Below are positions 16,611-25,752 of a DNA stretch of 29,010 bases, piece by piece. The stretch covers positions 1 to 29,010 of IMG/VR virus record IMGVR_UViG_3300048577_000214; one strand, 5' to 3'. The position numbers and the translations under genes are program-made. The notes beneath the pieces are model-generated. The model worked only from the letters and a program-made list of their open reading frames with translations. It had not been told where the DNA came from and made no database searches. Position 1 is the stretch's first letter. Each line of letters opens with the position of its first letter. This stretch comes from a virus. Taxonomy: Duplodnaviria; Caudoviricetes.

Positions 16611-16872
16611 TCCCCACCTCCTCTCTGTACCTCGCCATCAGCCGCTCGATGGCCTCCTGGCCTGGTACCCAGGTACGCATCTCACCGCACAGATCGCACC
16701 TCACGTCCATCACCATCCCCTCCGCCACCGCCATCACATCCGGAGGCTCCCCCAGATCGGCAGCATCAATGGCCCGCCGGAAGATCATTAACTGCCTGAT
16801 CCCACCTGCAGATCTCCCGCTCATCCCCAGCGTATGCCCTTTTTTGCATTTCCATGGTTTCAGCTCATCCAT
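16597..16872 (-). CDS. Zinc-ribbon hypothetical protein
   Basis: 'WKCKKGH...VRCDLCG'; GGAGG RBS. Confidence 0.7.
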   Translation of the reverse strand: MDELKPWKCKKGHTLGMSGRSAGGIRQLMIFRRAIDAADLGEPPDVMAVAEGMVMDVRCDLCGEMRTWVPGQEAIERLMARYREEVGIVTS

Positions 16873-17419
16873 GCTCCACCTCCTCCATCACCGTATCCCC
16901 ATGACCCATCACCACCACGCTCCCGACCGGCACCCACCCGGCAGTCCGCACCTCCATCTCCCACGCCCCCGCATAGTGGGCGAAGGTATCCACCCACCGC
17001 ATTGTATAGATCGGATGTCCGTTGATCCGGTCCATCATCCCAACCGGCCCCTCGAACCGGCTCGAAACCAGCGCCAGATCCGGCAGCTCATCATAGACCG
17101 CCTTGTGCCACGATGCCGCCTCATCGATAGCCTGCCGCACCGGCTGCCGCCTCGCCTGGTCGATCCCCCACATCACCGCCTCCGCGTCCGTCCCCAGCTG
17201 CGCCAGGCTTACCACCTCCCGCGCCCGCCAGGCCAGCAACAGGTGATGCATCCCCAGCCCGCTCTCCTCCCACTCCGGCCGCGCCAGCATCCCCATCGCC
17301 GCCTCAGGCACCAGCTGCAGCCACCTCTCGGCATCCACCCTCTTCCCCATCCGGATGATGTGGATCCGCCGTATCCCGTCAAAACTCAAATCGTTCCTCA
17401 GCACCTGTTCACCGTTCAT
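16865..17419 (-). CDS. Hypothetical protein (start MNGEQV)
   Basis: Purine-rich RBS before ATG 17419; the upstream extension in the track runs into the repeat-rich non-coding region. Confidence 0.65.
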   Translation of the reverse strand: MNGEQVLRNDLSFDGIRRIHIIRMGKRVDAERWLQLVPEAAMGMLARPEWEESGLGMHHLLLAWRAREVVSLAQLGTDAEAVMWGIDQARRQPVRQAIDEAASWHKAVYDELPDLALVSSRFEGPVGMMDRINGHPIYTMRWVDTFAHYAGAWEMEVRTAGWVPVGSVVVMGHGDTVMEEVEHG

Positions 17420-17755
17420 ATCCCCATCCTCAGGTGAAGAATAATTGCCCCGGTGAAGAACGGTGAAGAATAATAATTCACCAGGAGTCCCCGCCGACCG
17501 ATGGAGGGTACCCACAGATCATTATTCTTCTCTAAAAAATAAATACTACTAAGAACAATAATTCTCAATGTTCGCTGTTTGTCGTTTTTCGACATTTTCA
17601 AGGCATATTTTTCGCGCCACCCCCTCGAAAACAGCCCTCCGCCAGGCCTGGTGAAGGAGTGAAGAATAAATCCACCCATCACCGCCCGCAAAATGCGATG
17701 ACAAAACATATCAGTAGCAGCAGGATTCCCGTGTTTTTGCTTCACCAGCTTCACT
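17407..17755. promoter_or_regulatory. Probable replication origin with GGTGAAG(AA) iteron-like repeats
   Basis: GGTGAAGAA at 17433, 17452, 17462; GGTGAAG 17650; AGTGAAGAA 17658; inverted copies at 17408, 17477, 17740, 17749; AT-rich tract ~17520-17565; immediately downstream of the primase gene. Confidence 0.55.
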
Positions 17756-17756
17756 C

Positions 17757-20702
17757 CTATTCCTGGTCCAGACCATAACGTCTTTTGAGGGCCTCGATCC
17801 GGTTGGTATCCCAGACCACGTAATACCGTCCTTTATGCGGCCCCGCCGTCATCCGTTCCGATTTGAGCTGCAATATGTTTGAGACCATCGTTCCCACCTT
17901 TTTGGCCCCCACCCGGTATTTTTTTGGTCCGTTGGAATCGCCTTCATCATCCCCGTCATCCTCGTCCTCGTTTTCCCGGTCGATGATTCGGTTTGTCTCG
18001 TCTGCAATGGCTTTGAATGACAAATCGTAGAGCGGTCTCCCTTCCAGATCGGTGGCATAAGGTTGTTTTTTGTAGATCGACAGCATCGCCTCCAGGATCT
18101 TGGCCGCGATGGTCTGGCTGCGTTCGATGATCAGATCCCGGTTTTTCGCCCGGATGAAATCATCGATCTCCTTGATCATGTCTGTCTCTTCCGGGGGGAT
18201 GATGGCTTTAAGCGCGATGGTAACCTGGTTGAGCCGCGATTCGATGGACCGATCCACCGAGTTGTAATCCACATCCCGGTCCGAAACCCACTCCCGCATC
18301 CGCCATAACAGCAAATGATTACGGATCTCCCTGGCCGTGGTGTAGTATTCCTTGGGAAGTACGATGGGAATGTCATCTCTTGGGACGCCACCCCCCATCT
18401 CCTTGGTCAAACACCGGCTTTCCAGCGCCCTGTCCGCAAACTTTTTACGGGTGGCGATGATCTTCGGTCCATAAACCTGAAAAGCCTCAATCTCAAATTT
18501 CCCCTGGCCCGAGTCTGCCGATCTCAAAACCGGCACATTTTTCATGTAACCAGTGTTCAGGATCTTGATGATGTCGCTCGCCTCATCCGACCGTCCAAAG
18601 TCGGCTTCATCTAGAATAAGTGTTCCATGGTATGTATCCAGCATGCGAAAAATTGGTGATGTGGTCGTGGCGCCAGCTGTGAACATGGGCCTGTAGCAGC
18701 AGATCCCGGCCACCCAGATCAGCCTGGTCTTGCCTGTGCCATAATCGCCCAGGGCTCGCAGGTAAGGAAGCACTGTAAAACTGTCATATTGCCATGTGAA
18801 CAGGGTGTAATAGGCGATCAGGTTCTCATAAAAATCATCCACATCCAAAAACAGGTGGACGAACGATTTGATCATCAGCACCAGCTCCCGCAAACTTTTT
18901 GGAAAATCCGGCAGGTCGCTCGGGAAGAGCACCACATCTTTTAAAATCAACGCATTCGGAGCCATCCCCACGTACTGGGTTCCTTCGATGACCACCCGGT
19001 CCTCCACGGTGATCCGTCCGTCTGGCCACCGGCAGGCCAGCTTGGTCTCCTTGGTAAGCGGTTTGTATATCATCTCGAGCAAATGCCCATCGTAATATCC
19101 CCCCAGTGTTTCCACGATGGGCAGGTTCTCATCCCCGCTCTCCTCTGTGTTGTTGGTGACCGTCTTGAGGATCTTCTCAAAATCCCGGATGTTTATTCCA
19201 AGTGCTTTTACCAACCGGGTCCGGTATTGCGCCCGCTGGAATTCCTCCATTTTGGCGATCAGCCCAAACGCATCTCGCATGGCCTGGTCCTTCGCGGCGC
19301 CGTTGATTGCACCCGCCCACCGGCAAACCAGCTCAACCACGGTCGGGCTGGTGCTGATCAGCTGATCGATCTCGATGACCTGCGCCTGGGCGGCCATTCC
19401 CCTGGCTGTCATCGCCTGCAGCAGATCGTTCGCGTCCAGCTTCAGGTCCTCATCCCCAGTTGGTGCCGCTTCGCCCTCATCTGGCGGGTTGTCTTTTCCC
19501 TCTTCCTTCTCTGGGGGATTCGCCGCCGCCTTTTCCGCCTGTTTCTGCAGTATCTCTGATCTATATTGATCCACCGGCCAGAAGATCGCCCGGCTGGTGG
19601 GTGGTAATGGGTCTGTAGCCGGTTTTCTGGAAATATTTCTGGTAATTTTTTCCAGTTTTATTCCCGCGGCCTTCAGCATGTCATCTGTCAGGGTGATACC
19701 CGTCTTTTGCAGGAACCCGATCCGGCCCGGGATGTCTGTATCCAGTCCCAGGAAGATATTTTTATCCGCCAGTTTTTCCTTCAGCGATTGATCCAGGGCT
19801 GTTCCGCAAAGCGCGATGGCCCCATATCCCCATTGTGCCAGCGTGATCGCATCCGCCTGGCCCTCCACAATCACCACTGATGTCGCATTCGGAGTAAAAG
19901 TAGAGGATATGTAAGGCTGCCGCGGTCCGCCCAGGGCAGTCGGAATGTTCAGATGCCTTTTACCTTCGAGAGATCTGAGAGAGAGGTACGTTGTCCTGGT
20001 TCCCTTGCGGTGTTCGTATACCAGGCTCGGGCTGTCTATCACCCCGAAAATCCGGTCGTACTTCAACCAACTCTCAGTAGGAGTAATCTCGTGGTCCTTG
20101 CACCATTTCGCCACACCCCCACGCAGGCCCAGAATGGCAATCACCTCCGGGCTCTTCAGGTCACACCCCGCCAGGCTCAATTCCCCCTGCATCTCCTTAA
20201 AATTTTCTTGACTGCCAGACCCCGAATATCCCAGATGGTGCTGTCGTATGACCTCGTCTAACCAACCCCTCCCCCGGCAATATCCAAGCGCTTTCGGGTC
20301 CCCCCACAGCCACTTCTCCAGCACCGCCCCGGCCACCTCGAAGACCTCACCCCTCGCCTTGATCGCCGCGAGGACCTTCGAGTCGCCCTTGTTCCACTTC
20401 GGCTCGGGGATGCCGTACCGCTTGCACAGCTCCTCAACCGCCTCCACGAAAGGGACGCCCCTCCGCTCCATCACCCAGCCGATCACATCCGCGTTGTGCT
20501 GGCCTTCATTGCTTGCCACCCAGAAGTATGTCTGTTTGTTCAGGTTGACCACCAGGCCGCCCTGGTGGGGACTGCGCATGTACCCGCCCCCATCCTTCTC
20601 GAGGTGGTATCCATCCCCCTCGATCACATCCTGGATTTTGACTGTCGATTTTATCCTTGCAACGATATCCCGTATGTCTAGTTCGATGTCAGTCATGACC
20701 AC
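17757..20702 (-). CDS. DnaG-like primase (Toprim) fused to P-loop ATPase/helicase-like domain
   Basis: 'DVIGWVMERRGVPFVEAVEELCKRYGI', Toprim 'VIVEGQADAITL' and 'LGLDTD', 'LDAND'; Walker A 'GDYGTGKT', Walker B 'LILDEAD'. Confidence 0.88.
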   Translation of the reverse strand: MVMTDIELDIRDIVARIKSTVKIQDVIEGDGYHLEKDGGGYMRSPHQGGLVVNLNKQTYFWVASNEGQHNADVIGWVMERRGVPFVEAVEELCKRYGIPEPKWNKGDSKVLAAIKARGEVFEVAGAVLEKWLWGDPKALGYCRGRGWLDEVIRQHHLGYSGSGSQENFKEMQGELSLAGCDLKSPEVIAILGLRGGVAKWCKDHEITPTESWLKYDRIFGVIDSPSLVYEHRKGTRTTYLSLRSLEGKRHLNIPTALGGPRQPYISSTFTPNATSVVIVEGQADAITLAQWGYGAIALCGTALDQSLKEKLADKNIFLGLDTDIPGRIGFLQKTGITLTDDMLKAAGIKLEKITRNISRKPATDPLPPTSRAIFWPVDQYRSEILQKQAEKAAANPPEKEEGKDNPPDEGEAAPTGDEDLKLDANDLLQAMTARGMAAQAQVIEIDQLISTSPTVVELVCRWAGAINGAAKDQAMRDAFGLIAKMEEFQRAQYRTRLVKALGINIRDFEKILKTVTNNTEESGDENLPIVETLGGYYDGHLLEMIYKPLTKETKLACRWPDGRITVEDRVVIEGTQYVGMAPNALILKDVVLFPSDLPDFPKSLRELVLMIKSFVHLFLDVDDFYENLIAYYTLFTWQYDSFTVLPYLRALGDYGTGKTRLIWVAGICCYRPMFTAGATTTSPIFRMLDTYHGTLILDEADFGRSDEASDIIKILNTGYMKNVPVLRSADSGQGKFEIEAFQVYGPKIIATRKKFADRALESRCLTKEMGGGVPRDDIPIVLPKEYYTTAREIRNHLLLWRMREWVSDRDVDYNSVDRSIESRLNQVTIALKAIIPPEETDMIKEIDDFIRAKNRDLIIERSQTIAAKILEAMLSIYKKQPYATDLEGRPLYDLSFKAIADETNRIIDRENEDEDDGDDEGDSNGPKKYRVGAKKVGTMVSNILQLKSERMTAGPHKGRYYVVWDTNRIEALKRRYGLDQE

Positions 20703-20719
20703 TCCACACCCACTAAAAG

Positions 20720-20817
20720 TTATGTGACATAAAAAAATGTGCTTACGACCATCAAAACCGCCCGCAAACCGCCCAAATCAGCCCGTGTGTGTCGCATAAT
20801 AAAAAATTATGTGACAT
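20720..20817. promoter_or_regulatory. dif/Xer-like recombination site candidate
   Basis: TGTCGCATAA (20790-20799) - 7 bp - TTATGTGACA (20807-20816); extra copy TTATGTGACATAA at 20720-20732. Confidence 0.5.
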
Positions 20818-20970
20818 CCCCCCGCACTCCCCCGCGGATCCCGGCCCGCCCGCGTTTTCCCACACCCATCCGCCCGGACCCCCAAAACCCCATGAAAAGG
20901 TGAATTTTGGGAATTCCTCTTCTACTGCATTCAGACCCATGCCGCGCGCGCCCATGGGACCGGCTCCTGC

Positions 20971-21044
20971 CTCCTCTCCGCATGGCTGCGCCCGATGGGC
21001 TCTGGAGGGCACCAGACCATCAGGTACAGCCAGGTGGAGGGGAG
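20971..21044 (-). ncRNA. Long stem-loop RNA candidate upstream of the primase gene
   Basis: Minus strand TGGCTGTACCTGATGG pairs with CCATCGGGCGCAGCCA (15/16, two G-U), inner TCTGG/CCAGA, outer CTCCCCTCC/GGAGAGGAG. Confidence 0.45.
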
Positions 21045-21052
21045 AGCTGCCT

Positions 21053-21304
21053 CTACCAGCCATGCTGCTCCCTCACTGTGTGATACTGCCCCAGGCACGT
21101 GGACGCCCGCCCCACGTTGCGATAGATCTCATCGATCAGCTCCAACTGCGGCTCCAGCAACGGCCGCAGACTGCTGTCTCTCCGGATGGCCTGTTGGGTT
21201 CGCAGCTCCAACAACTCACGCTTTGCCTCCACACACCCCAGGCTGCTCAGAGCGTCCTCGATGGCCGCCCTCCGTGCCTCTTCCTCATGTCCCAGTTTTC
21301 CCAT
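21053..21304 (-). CDS. Hypothetical protein (83 aa)
   Basis: AAGGAG RBS; helical charged ORF in operon orientation. Confidence 0.65.
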   Translation of the reverse strand: MGKLGHEEEARRAAIEDALSSLGCVEAKRELLELRTQQAIRRDSSLRPLLEPQLELIDEIYRNVGRASTCLGQYHTVREQHGW

Positions 21305-21317
21305 AGCTCTCCTTCAT

Positions 21318-21349
21318 AAAACCGGGCAGGGCCCTTCAACCCCGCCCGG
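21318..21349 (-). terminator. Putative intrinsic terminator inside the early operon
   Basis: CCGGGCGGGG-N8-CCCTGCCCGG-TTTTAT on the minus strand. Confidence 0.55.
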
Positions 21350-21374
21350 GCATTCATCCGGCATCTGCCGGCAA

Positions 21375-21611
21375 TTAGTGATGTCGATACTTTCGCTCAC
21401 GCTGCCTGGCAGGAGTGATTACTGTCATGCCAGCCGGCTCTACGATCAGCTTCCCGTTGACAACCATCAGAACCCGGTATTTCACCTCGCCGGTGTCCAA
21501 TACATCGCCCACCCTGGGTAACAGCCTGGCAGGCAGGGTTTCCGGTTGGATAGGCTCAGCCTGTTCTTGTAGCATCCTTGCTAACTGTTTGATCTCATTG
21601 CTATTCTGCAT
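21375..21611 (-). CDS. Hypothetical protein (MQNSNE..., 78 aa)
   Basis: GAGGAG RBS before ATG 21611. Confidence 0.6.
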   Translation of the reverse strand: MQNSNEIKQLARMLQEQAEPIQPETLPARLLPRVGDVLDTGEVKYRVLMVVNGKLIVEPAGMTVITPARQRERKYRHH

Positions 21612-21622
21612 CTCAGCTCCTC

Positions 21623-21856
21623 TCAGTTCAGCCTGACTTTTTCGACCGACAGTTTCCTGCAGCTGATCCAGCCTAGGGGGATGGATCCTCGACTTGCCTC
21701 CACCTGGATGACCGGCTGCCCGTTGGGTGCGATCCACGCTTCAGATTTTGTTGTGGTGATCACCAGTTGATGATGATCCCAGTACGACACTGGTGTCCCT
21801 ATTGGGTGGATCTTGTTCCACTGGATAAGATCAGTAATCAGTTTCGGATCAGCCAT
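21623..21856 (-). CDS. Conserved-looking small phage protein (WN..HP.GTPV.Y motif)
   Basis: Start MADPK with GGAGG RBS; 'WNKIHPIGTPVSY...TTKSEAW'. Confidence 0.65.
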   Translation of the reverse strand: MADPKLITDLIQWNKIHPIGTPVSYWDHHQLVITTTKSEAWIAPNGQPVIQVEASRGSIPLGWISCRKLSVEKVRLN

Positions 21857-22205
21857 TCGCTCCTCCCAGAATGCGCTTGAACTCATTGACTGCCGGGCTG
21901 TCGTTCGAGGACCAGGTCGTCACCGGCTTTCTGCGGATCCGTTCGATGTACGCCAGCTCGTCCAGCACCGTCATTGTGGATCCCAGCTCCGCGGTCCTCT
22001 GCTCTTTCTCCCGGTCCATCCAACCCAGGATCTTCGCCACCAGCCAGGTCTCAATTCTGCCCCTGGGGATCGGCAACTCGTTCCGCAGATAGATCTGGGC
22101 CATCTTTTCCTGCATCCTGAGGAACTCAGTCCGTTCGATAGTCCTTTTTTGCAGGAACCAGTTAGCTACAACGACCCACAGTGGAAAATACCCGGTAATT
22201 CTCAC
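21849..22205 (-). CDS. Hypothetical protein (118 aa)
   Basis: GTG start abutting the upstream stop; overlaps the next gene. Confidence 0.6.
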   Translation of the reverse strand: MRITGYFPLWVVVANWFLQKRTIERTEFLRMQEKMAQIYLRNELPIPRGRIETWLVAKILGWMDREKEQRTAELGSTMTVLDELAYIERIRRKPVTTWSSNDSPAVNEFKRILGGANG

Positions 22206-22547
22206 CTAACGCCTCCTCTCGACTTCCTCAAACGCGTCCTGCAGGGCTTTTTCACGCGCCTCTGCCTCCATCGCCCGGGCGCGCTGTATTGCCCAGTCAT
22301 CCACCCAGTAGGCCAGCAAAATTGCCAGGCCGCCGCTCGCCACCGCTGCCCACACCAACACCACACTGTCCCGCGCATCCGCCCGGGTCACTGTGATCGA
22401 CACCGTCACCGGCGCCGATACCCCGATCAGCGACATCCAGATCTCTGCAACCCTGGGGATCCGCTTGCCCAGGATTAATCCCCAGGGCAGCCAGTGGATG
22501 ACCAGTAGCAGTAAAACCACGATCACGCACACCAAAAAAATATCCAT
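22206..22547 (-). CDS. Three-TM membrane protein with charged tail
   Basis: Three hydrophobic segments then 'AMEAEAREKALQDAFEEVERRR'. Confidence 0.65.
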   Translation of the reverse strand: MDIFLVCVIVVLLLLVIHWLPWGLILGKRIPRVAEIWMSLIGVSAPVTVSITVTRADARDSVVLVWAAVASGGLAILLAYWVDDWAIQRARAMEAEAREKALQDAFEEVERRR

Positions 22548-22662
22548 CCATCATCTCCATGATCATCTCGAGGGATTGGCGGGCGCGGAAGTACATCTCG
22601 GGAGTGAACTCTCTCTCCCGGGCTGTCACGTTGATCTCACGCGTCCGCCTGCCCATGGTTGC

Positions 22663-23280
22663 CTACCCGCCAAAAAACTGGTTGCAGATCGCCATCACCA
22701 GATTGCGAATGTACTTTTCCTGGGCGGTTGTGAATGGGGAGGGAGTTGTAACCTTCTGCGGCTCTGATTGGATGGCCTCATCGACCGGGATGTAGGTCGG
22801 ATCCGGTTTTACGGCCTTCTGTTCCGCCTCCCATTCGCTGGTGATGTTGGCCGCGATGGCCAGCGCCAGAGCCAGATCGGATCCGATGTATTGAACGGTC
22901 CCATTATCATTAGGTCGTCTTTCAACAACTTCATACCGTGGGCCGCTGTCGAATTCCCACTGCTTGCCGTTGAAATATATGAGGTGGATATAAATGAACG
23001 CCACTTCAGAATACTTTGCGCACCGGTTTTCATTCATATCTGCAGAAAGGTTGGTCCTGCCGATATAAGGTCTCAGTAAGGGAAGGAGCACCGGTGGGAT
23101 GACCTTCTGCATTTCGGCATCGATGGATGCCAATGCCTCATCTCGCTTGCGCTTCTCCTCCGCTTCCCGCGCTTCCCGCTCCTCCTTTTCCTTGCGCAAC
23201 CGCTCCCGGCCGTGTTTGATCAATTCGTCCAGGGTGAGCTGCCCTGGCTTTTCTATGGTTGTTACCGTATTCGCATCCAT
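22663..23280 (-). CDS. Hypothetical protein with N-terminal coiled coil
   Basis: AAGGAG RBS; 205 aa. Confidence 0.7.
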   Translation of the reverse strand: MDANTVTTIEKPGQLTLDELIKHGRERLRKEKEEREAREAEEKRKRDEALASIDAEMQKVIPPVLLPLLRPYIGRTNLSADMNENRCAKYSEVAFIYIHLIYFNGKQWEFDSGPRYEVVERRPNDNGTVQYIGSDLALALAIAANITSEWEAEQKAVKPDPTYIPVDEAIQSEPQKVTTPSPFTTAQEKYIRNLVMAICNQFFGG

Positions 23281-23329
23281 TTGTTCTCCTTTTGTTCACT
23301 CCCGGCGGTAGTGGATCCCGGGGGTGTGT

Positions 23330-24076
23330 TTATTCATTTACTGATTTAAATTCATCACCACATATCCGCATAAGATTTTTACGCAGAATTGATATCGAAA
23401 TTGGTTCGATACCTGCTTCGATGACCGGCTCAGGTTCAGAAGATAGATCCCTGCCATATTTCAAACGGAAGGCGGAGAGAAGTAATCGCAATTCTTCCAT
23501 CTCCCGCTCATTGAATGCTTCATGATTTTCTTTAGTCGGGCAATTGTCCCTGCCCAAATGAATGAAAATCGACCGCCCTTTCAAGGAGCCGGCATCACCA
23601 CGCATAACAAAAACTTTGGGGCCAAATGTGTAGCGGTAAATTTCCACAAAACCAATATCCATTTTTTCCATGGATAATATGGGCTGATCTTTTAGATATC
23701 CCTTACTGACGAAACGGTATACGCACTCGGGATCAGGCGTGAAATCATCTATCAGAACCGTTCCCCCATTCATGTCAACCATCCGGGTGCAGGGCTTATC
23801 TTTGATTCCGGTCAACCATAGGGGTTTGTAGGCAACCGCTCCGATCCTTTTGAGTAATACGGATTTCCCAGAGCCATCAGGTCCGTCGATGGCCAGGTAT
23901 GAGAGGATTGAGAGCCGATCATAGACCCATGATTGAATGACATACATTGCGCAAAGGCGAATATAATGGGGCTCCCCCCAGTTTCTGGTAGCCTCAAAAT
24001 ACTGACAAAGCCTTTTAAAAACAACATCGAAAGTGATAATTCTAAGATCAATGTTTACCGCTTTTTCCTCATTCAT
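23330..24076 (-). CDS. Stand-alone P-loop ATPase-like paralog of the primase C-terminal domain
   Basis: 'SWVYDRLSILSYLAIDGPDGSGKS', 'GTVLIDD', 'KGYLKDQPIL', 'FGPKVFVMR' align by eye to primase 'TWQYDSFTVLPYLRALGDYGTGKT', 'GTLILDE', 'TGYMKNVPVL', 'YGPKIIATR'. Confidence 0.75.
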   Translation of the reverse strand: MNEEKAVNIDLRIITFDVVFKRLCQYFEATRNWGEPHYIRLCAMYVIQSWVYDRLSILSYLAIDGPDGSGKSVLLKRIGAVAYKPLWLTGIKDKPCTRMVDMNGGTVLIDDFTPDPECVYRFVSKGYLKDQPILSMEKMDIGFVEIYRYTFGPKVFVMRGDAGSLKGRSIFIHLGRDNCPTKENHEAFNEREMEELRLLLSAFRLKYGRDLSSEPEPVIEAGIEPISISILRKNLMRICGDEFKSVNE

Positions 24077-24089
24077 TATGTTTTCTCCT

Positions 24090-25151
24090 TTAGATCTCAA
24101 TCGCATCGACGGCTGCCTGCAGCTCATCCATCGACGGCATCGCGTACCGCATCGTGGTGGCCATGGATTTGTGCCGCATCAGCCGGTTGGCAACCGAAAG
24201 GCCATATTTTCGCTCTACCAGATGACAGCAGGTATGGCGCAGCCGGTGCGGAGTGACATCCTCCTCGATCCCGGCCCGCTTCCCAACCTCCGCCACCACC
24301 CGCTGGATGGTCCTGCGCGAAAGATGCGCCGCACCGTCCTCCCCCGGGAACACAAAATCCGCTCCAGATCGGCAGGGGTTCTCGCGCATATACTCATTCA
24401 AGGCCTTCCGTAGCTCATTGGAAAGGGGCACCGATCCGGTGATCGCGCGCTTGCTGTCGTAGATCAGGCCCTCCCCGCTCCGCTCGCGTATCGTGATATC
24501 GTCGCATCTCAGATGGATCACCTCACTCTCCCTTAATCCCGAGTTAAGCATCAGCAGGCAGATGGCCCGGTTGCGCTGGGCCAGCAAACACTGCCAGGCC
24601 GTGGTCGCCCGGTTGTAGTCCGTCTCCAACTGGCGCACAAACCGCCGCCGGTCGCTCTCGGTCAGCCAGTGCGGCGCCAGTTGGTTCAATTCCATGCGGG
24701 TCAGATCCCTGGCCGCGTCCTCGTGGATCCAGCCCATGGCCTGCGCCCACCTCGAGAGCTTCTTCAGCGCGGTCATCCGCCTGTTCCAGGTGGCCGGAGC
24801 CACCCGCTGCTGCTCGCAGACCTTCTGGTAACCGCGAAAATCCACCCGGTTGCAGTCACTCGGGTGGAAACTGAAGTGGATCGTCTCAAAATACCAGTGG
24901 GAATAGTGGCCCAGGTCAAAGCAATAACTCTGAATGCTGCTCTCCTCCAGGGTTTTGCCCGGTTTGGAGTTGATGCGCAGCCAGTCCACAAACTGGCTGA
25001 TCCATTCGGGGGCGGAATTTCCTTCCGCCCCCGTTTCCTGACGCCTCTCATCCTGTGCCTTGTCCAGGACCGGCGTCCGAGAATCATTTTCCGGTTCCCT
25101 GCTTACTTTGATTACTGTCATATCGTGAAATTTCGGGAGGTCGTTTGCCAT
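24090..25151 (-). CDS. XerC/D-like tyrosine recombinase
   Basis: SAM-like 'SIQSYCFDL', 'APATWNRRMTALKKL'; catalytic 'SGLRESEV', 'SKR', 'TPHRLRH', 'MRHKSMATTMRY'. Confidence 0.92.
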   Translation of the reverse strand: MANDLPKFHDMTVIKVSREPENDSRTPVLDKAQDERRQETGAEGNSAPEWISQFVDWLRINSKPGKTLEESSIQSYCFDLGHYSHWYFETIHFSFHPSDCNRVDFRGYQKVCEQQRVAPATWNRRMTALKKLSRWAQAMGWIHEDAARDLTRMELNQLAPHWLTESDRRRFVRQLETDYNRATTAWQCLLAQRNRAICLLMLNSGLRESEVIHLRCDDITIRERSGEGLIYDSKRAITGSVPLSNELRKALNEYMRENPCRSGADFVFPGEDGAAHLSRRTIQRVVAEVGKRAGIEEDVTPHRLRHTCCHLVERKYGLSVANRLMRHKSMATTMRYAMPSMDELQAAVDAIEI

Positions 25152-25152
25152 C

Positions 25153-25476
25153 TCACCACCTCGCATTCTGGATGAAGGTGCCAACAACAGGTTTGCCATC
25201 GGTGGTTTGCAGGCTGGTTTCGATCCCCTCGTTCAGCCACAGATATAACTTGTTGCCTTCGGTCGCGGTCAGCAGCTTCCGGCTGCCGAATTTTCGGGTG
25301 GCGGCGTTGATGATGTTCCGCCGGTCTTTTTCCAGATCTGAATGGAATTCATATTCCAGGACCAGGGCTTTGCCTGGCACCAGTTGCTCGACAACTCCTT
25401 TGCAGAAGCCATCCCCACCGTGCTTTCGCAGATCAGGGATCTCGGTATAACCGATCACGTTACGTTTTCTGTCCAT
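25153..25476 (-). CDS. Hypothetical protein (107 aa)
   Basis: GGAGGG RBS; second gene of the early operon. Confidence 0.65.
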   Translation of the reverse strand: MDRKRNVIGYTEIPDLRKHGGDGFCKGVVEQLVPGKALVLEYEFHSDLEKDRRNIINAATRKFGSRKLLTATEGNKLYLWLNEGIETSLQTTDGKPVVGTFIQNARW

Positions 25477-25532
25477 TCTGCCCTCCAGATTGGATAAATA
25501 AAAAAATATTCAGCCACATCCGAATGGATGTG

Positions 25533-25721
25533 CTATTCTGTAATAGTGTTAGGTTGTGGTATGTTCGATAGTGGAGAGGAAGGGAACTCTTTTATCCAGG
25601 CCTCATCAACCCATACCTCGATCAAATTTGCCATGGAGCGTTTATTCTTTTTGCTTATGATCTCTAATTTTTCTTTGACTTGCTTTTTACAACGTACGGT
25701 TGTGAACCTAGTGTTTTCCAT
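25533..25721 (-). CDS. Ribbon-helix-helix (Arc-like) regulator in the Cro position
   Basis: 'FTTVRCKKQVKEKLEIISKKNKRSMANLIEVWV'; AGGAGA RBS; divergent from the repressor. Confidence 0.7.
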   Translation of the reverse strand: MENTRFTTVRCKKQVKEKLEIISKKNKRSMANLIEVWVDEAWIKEFPSSPLSNIPQPNTITE

Positions 25722-25752
25722 ATTCTCTCCTGTTACAACGGTCGTAATTATT

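Noticed and set aside
17553-17564. GAAC-AATA-ATTC as LexA box
   Set aside because: One mismatch, within an AT-rich tract and not tied to a clear promoter.
17416-17754. 112-aa ORF downstream of primase
   Set aside because: Overlaps repeat-rich, AT-rich DNA with atypical composition; better explained as origin.
20752-21063. 103-aa ORF
   Set aside because: G/P-rich translation across hairpins and the dif-like site; probably non-coding.
22297-22656. ORF with a T7 run as programmed frameshift into the membrane gene
   Set aside because: Joining needs +1, not the -1 shift this slippery pattern promotes; the 5' part may still be a real short gene, but I cannot support it.
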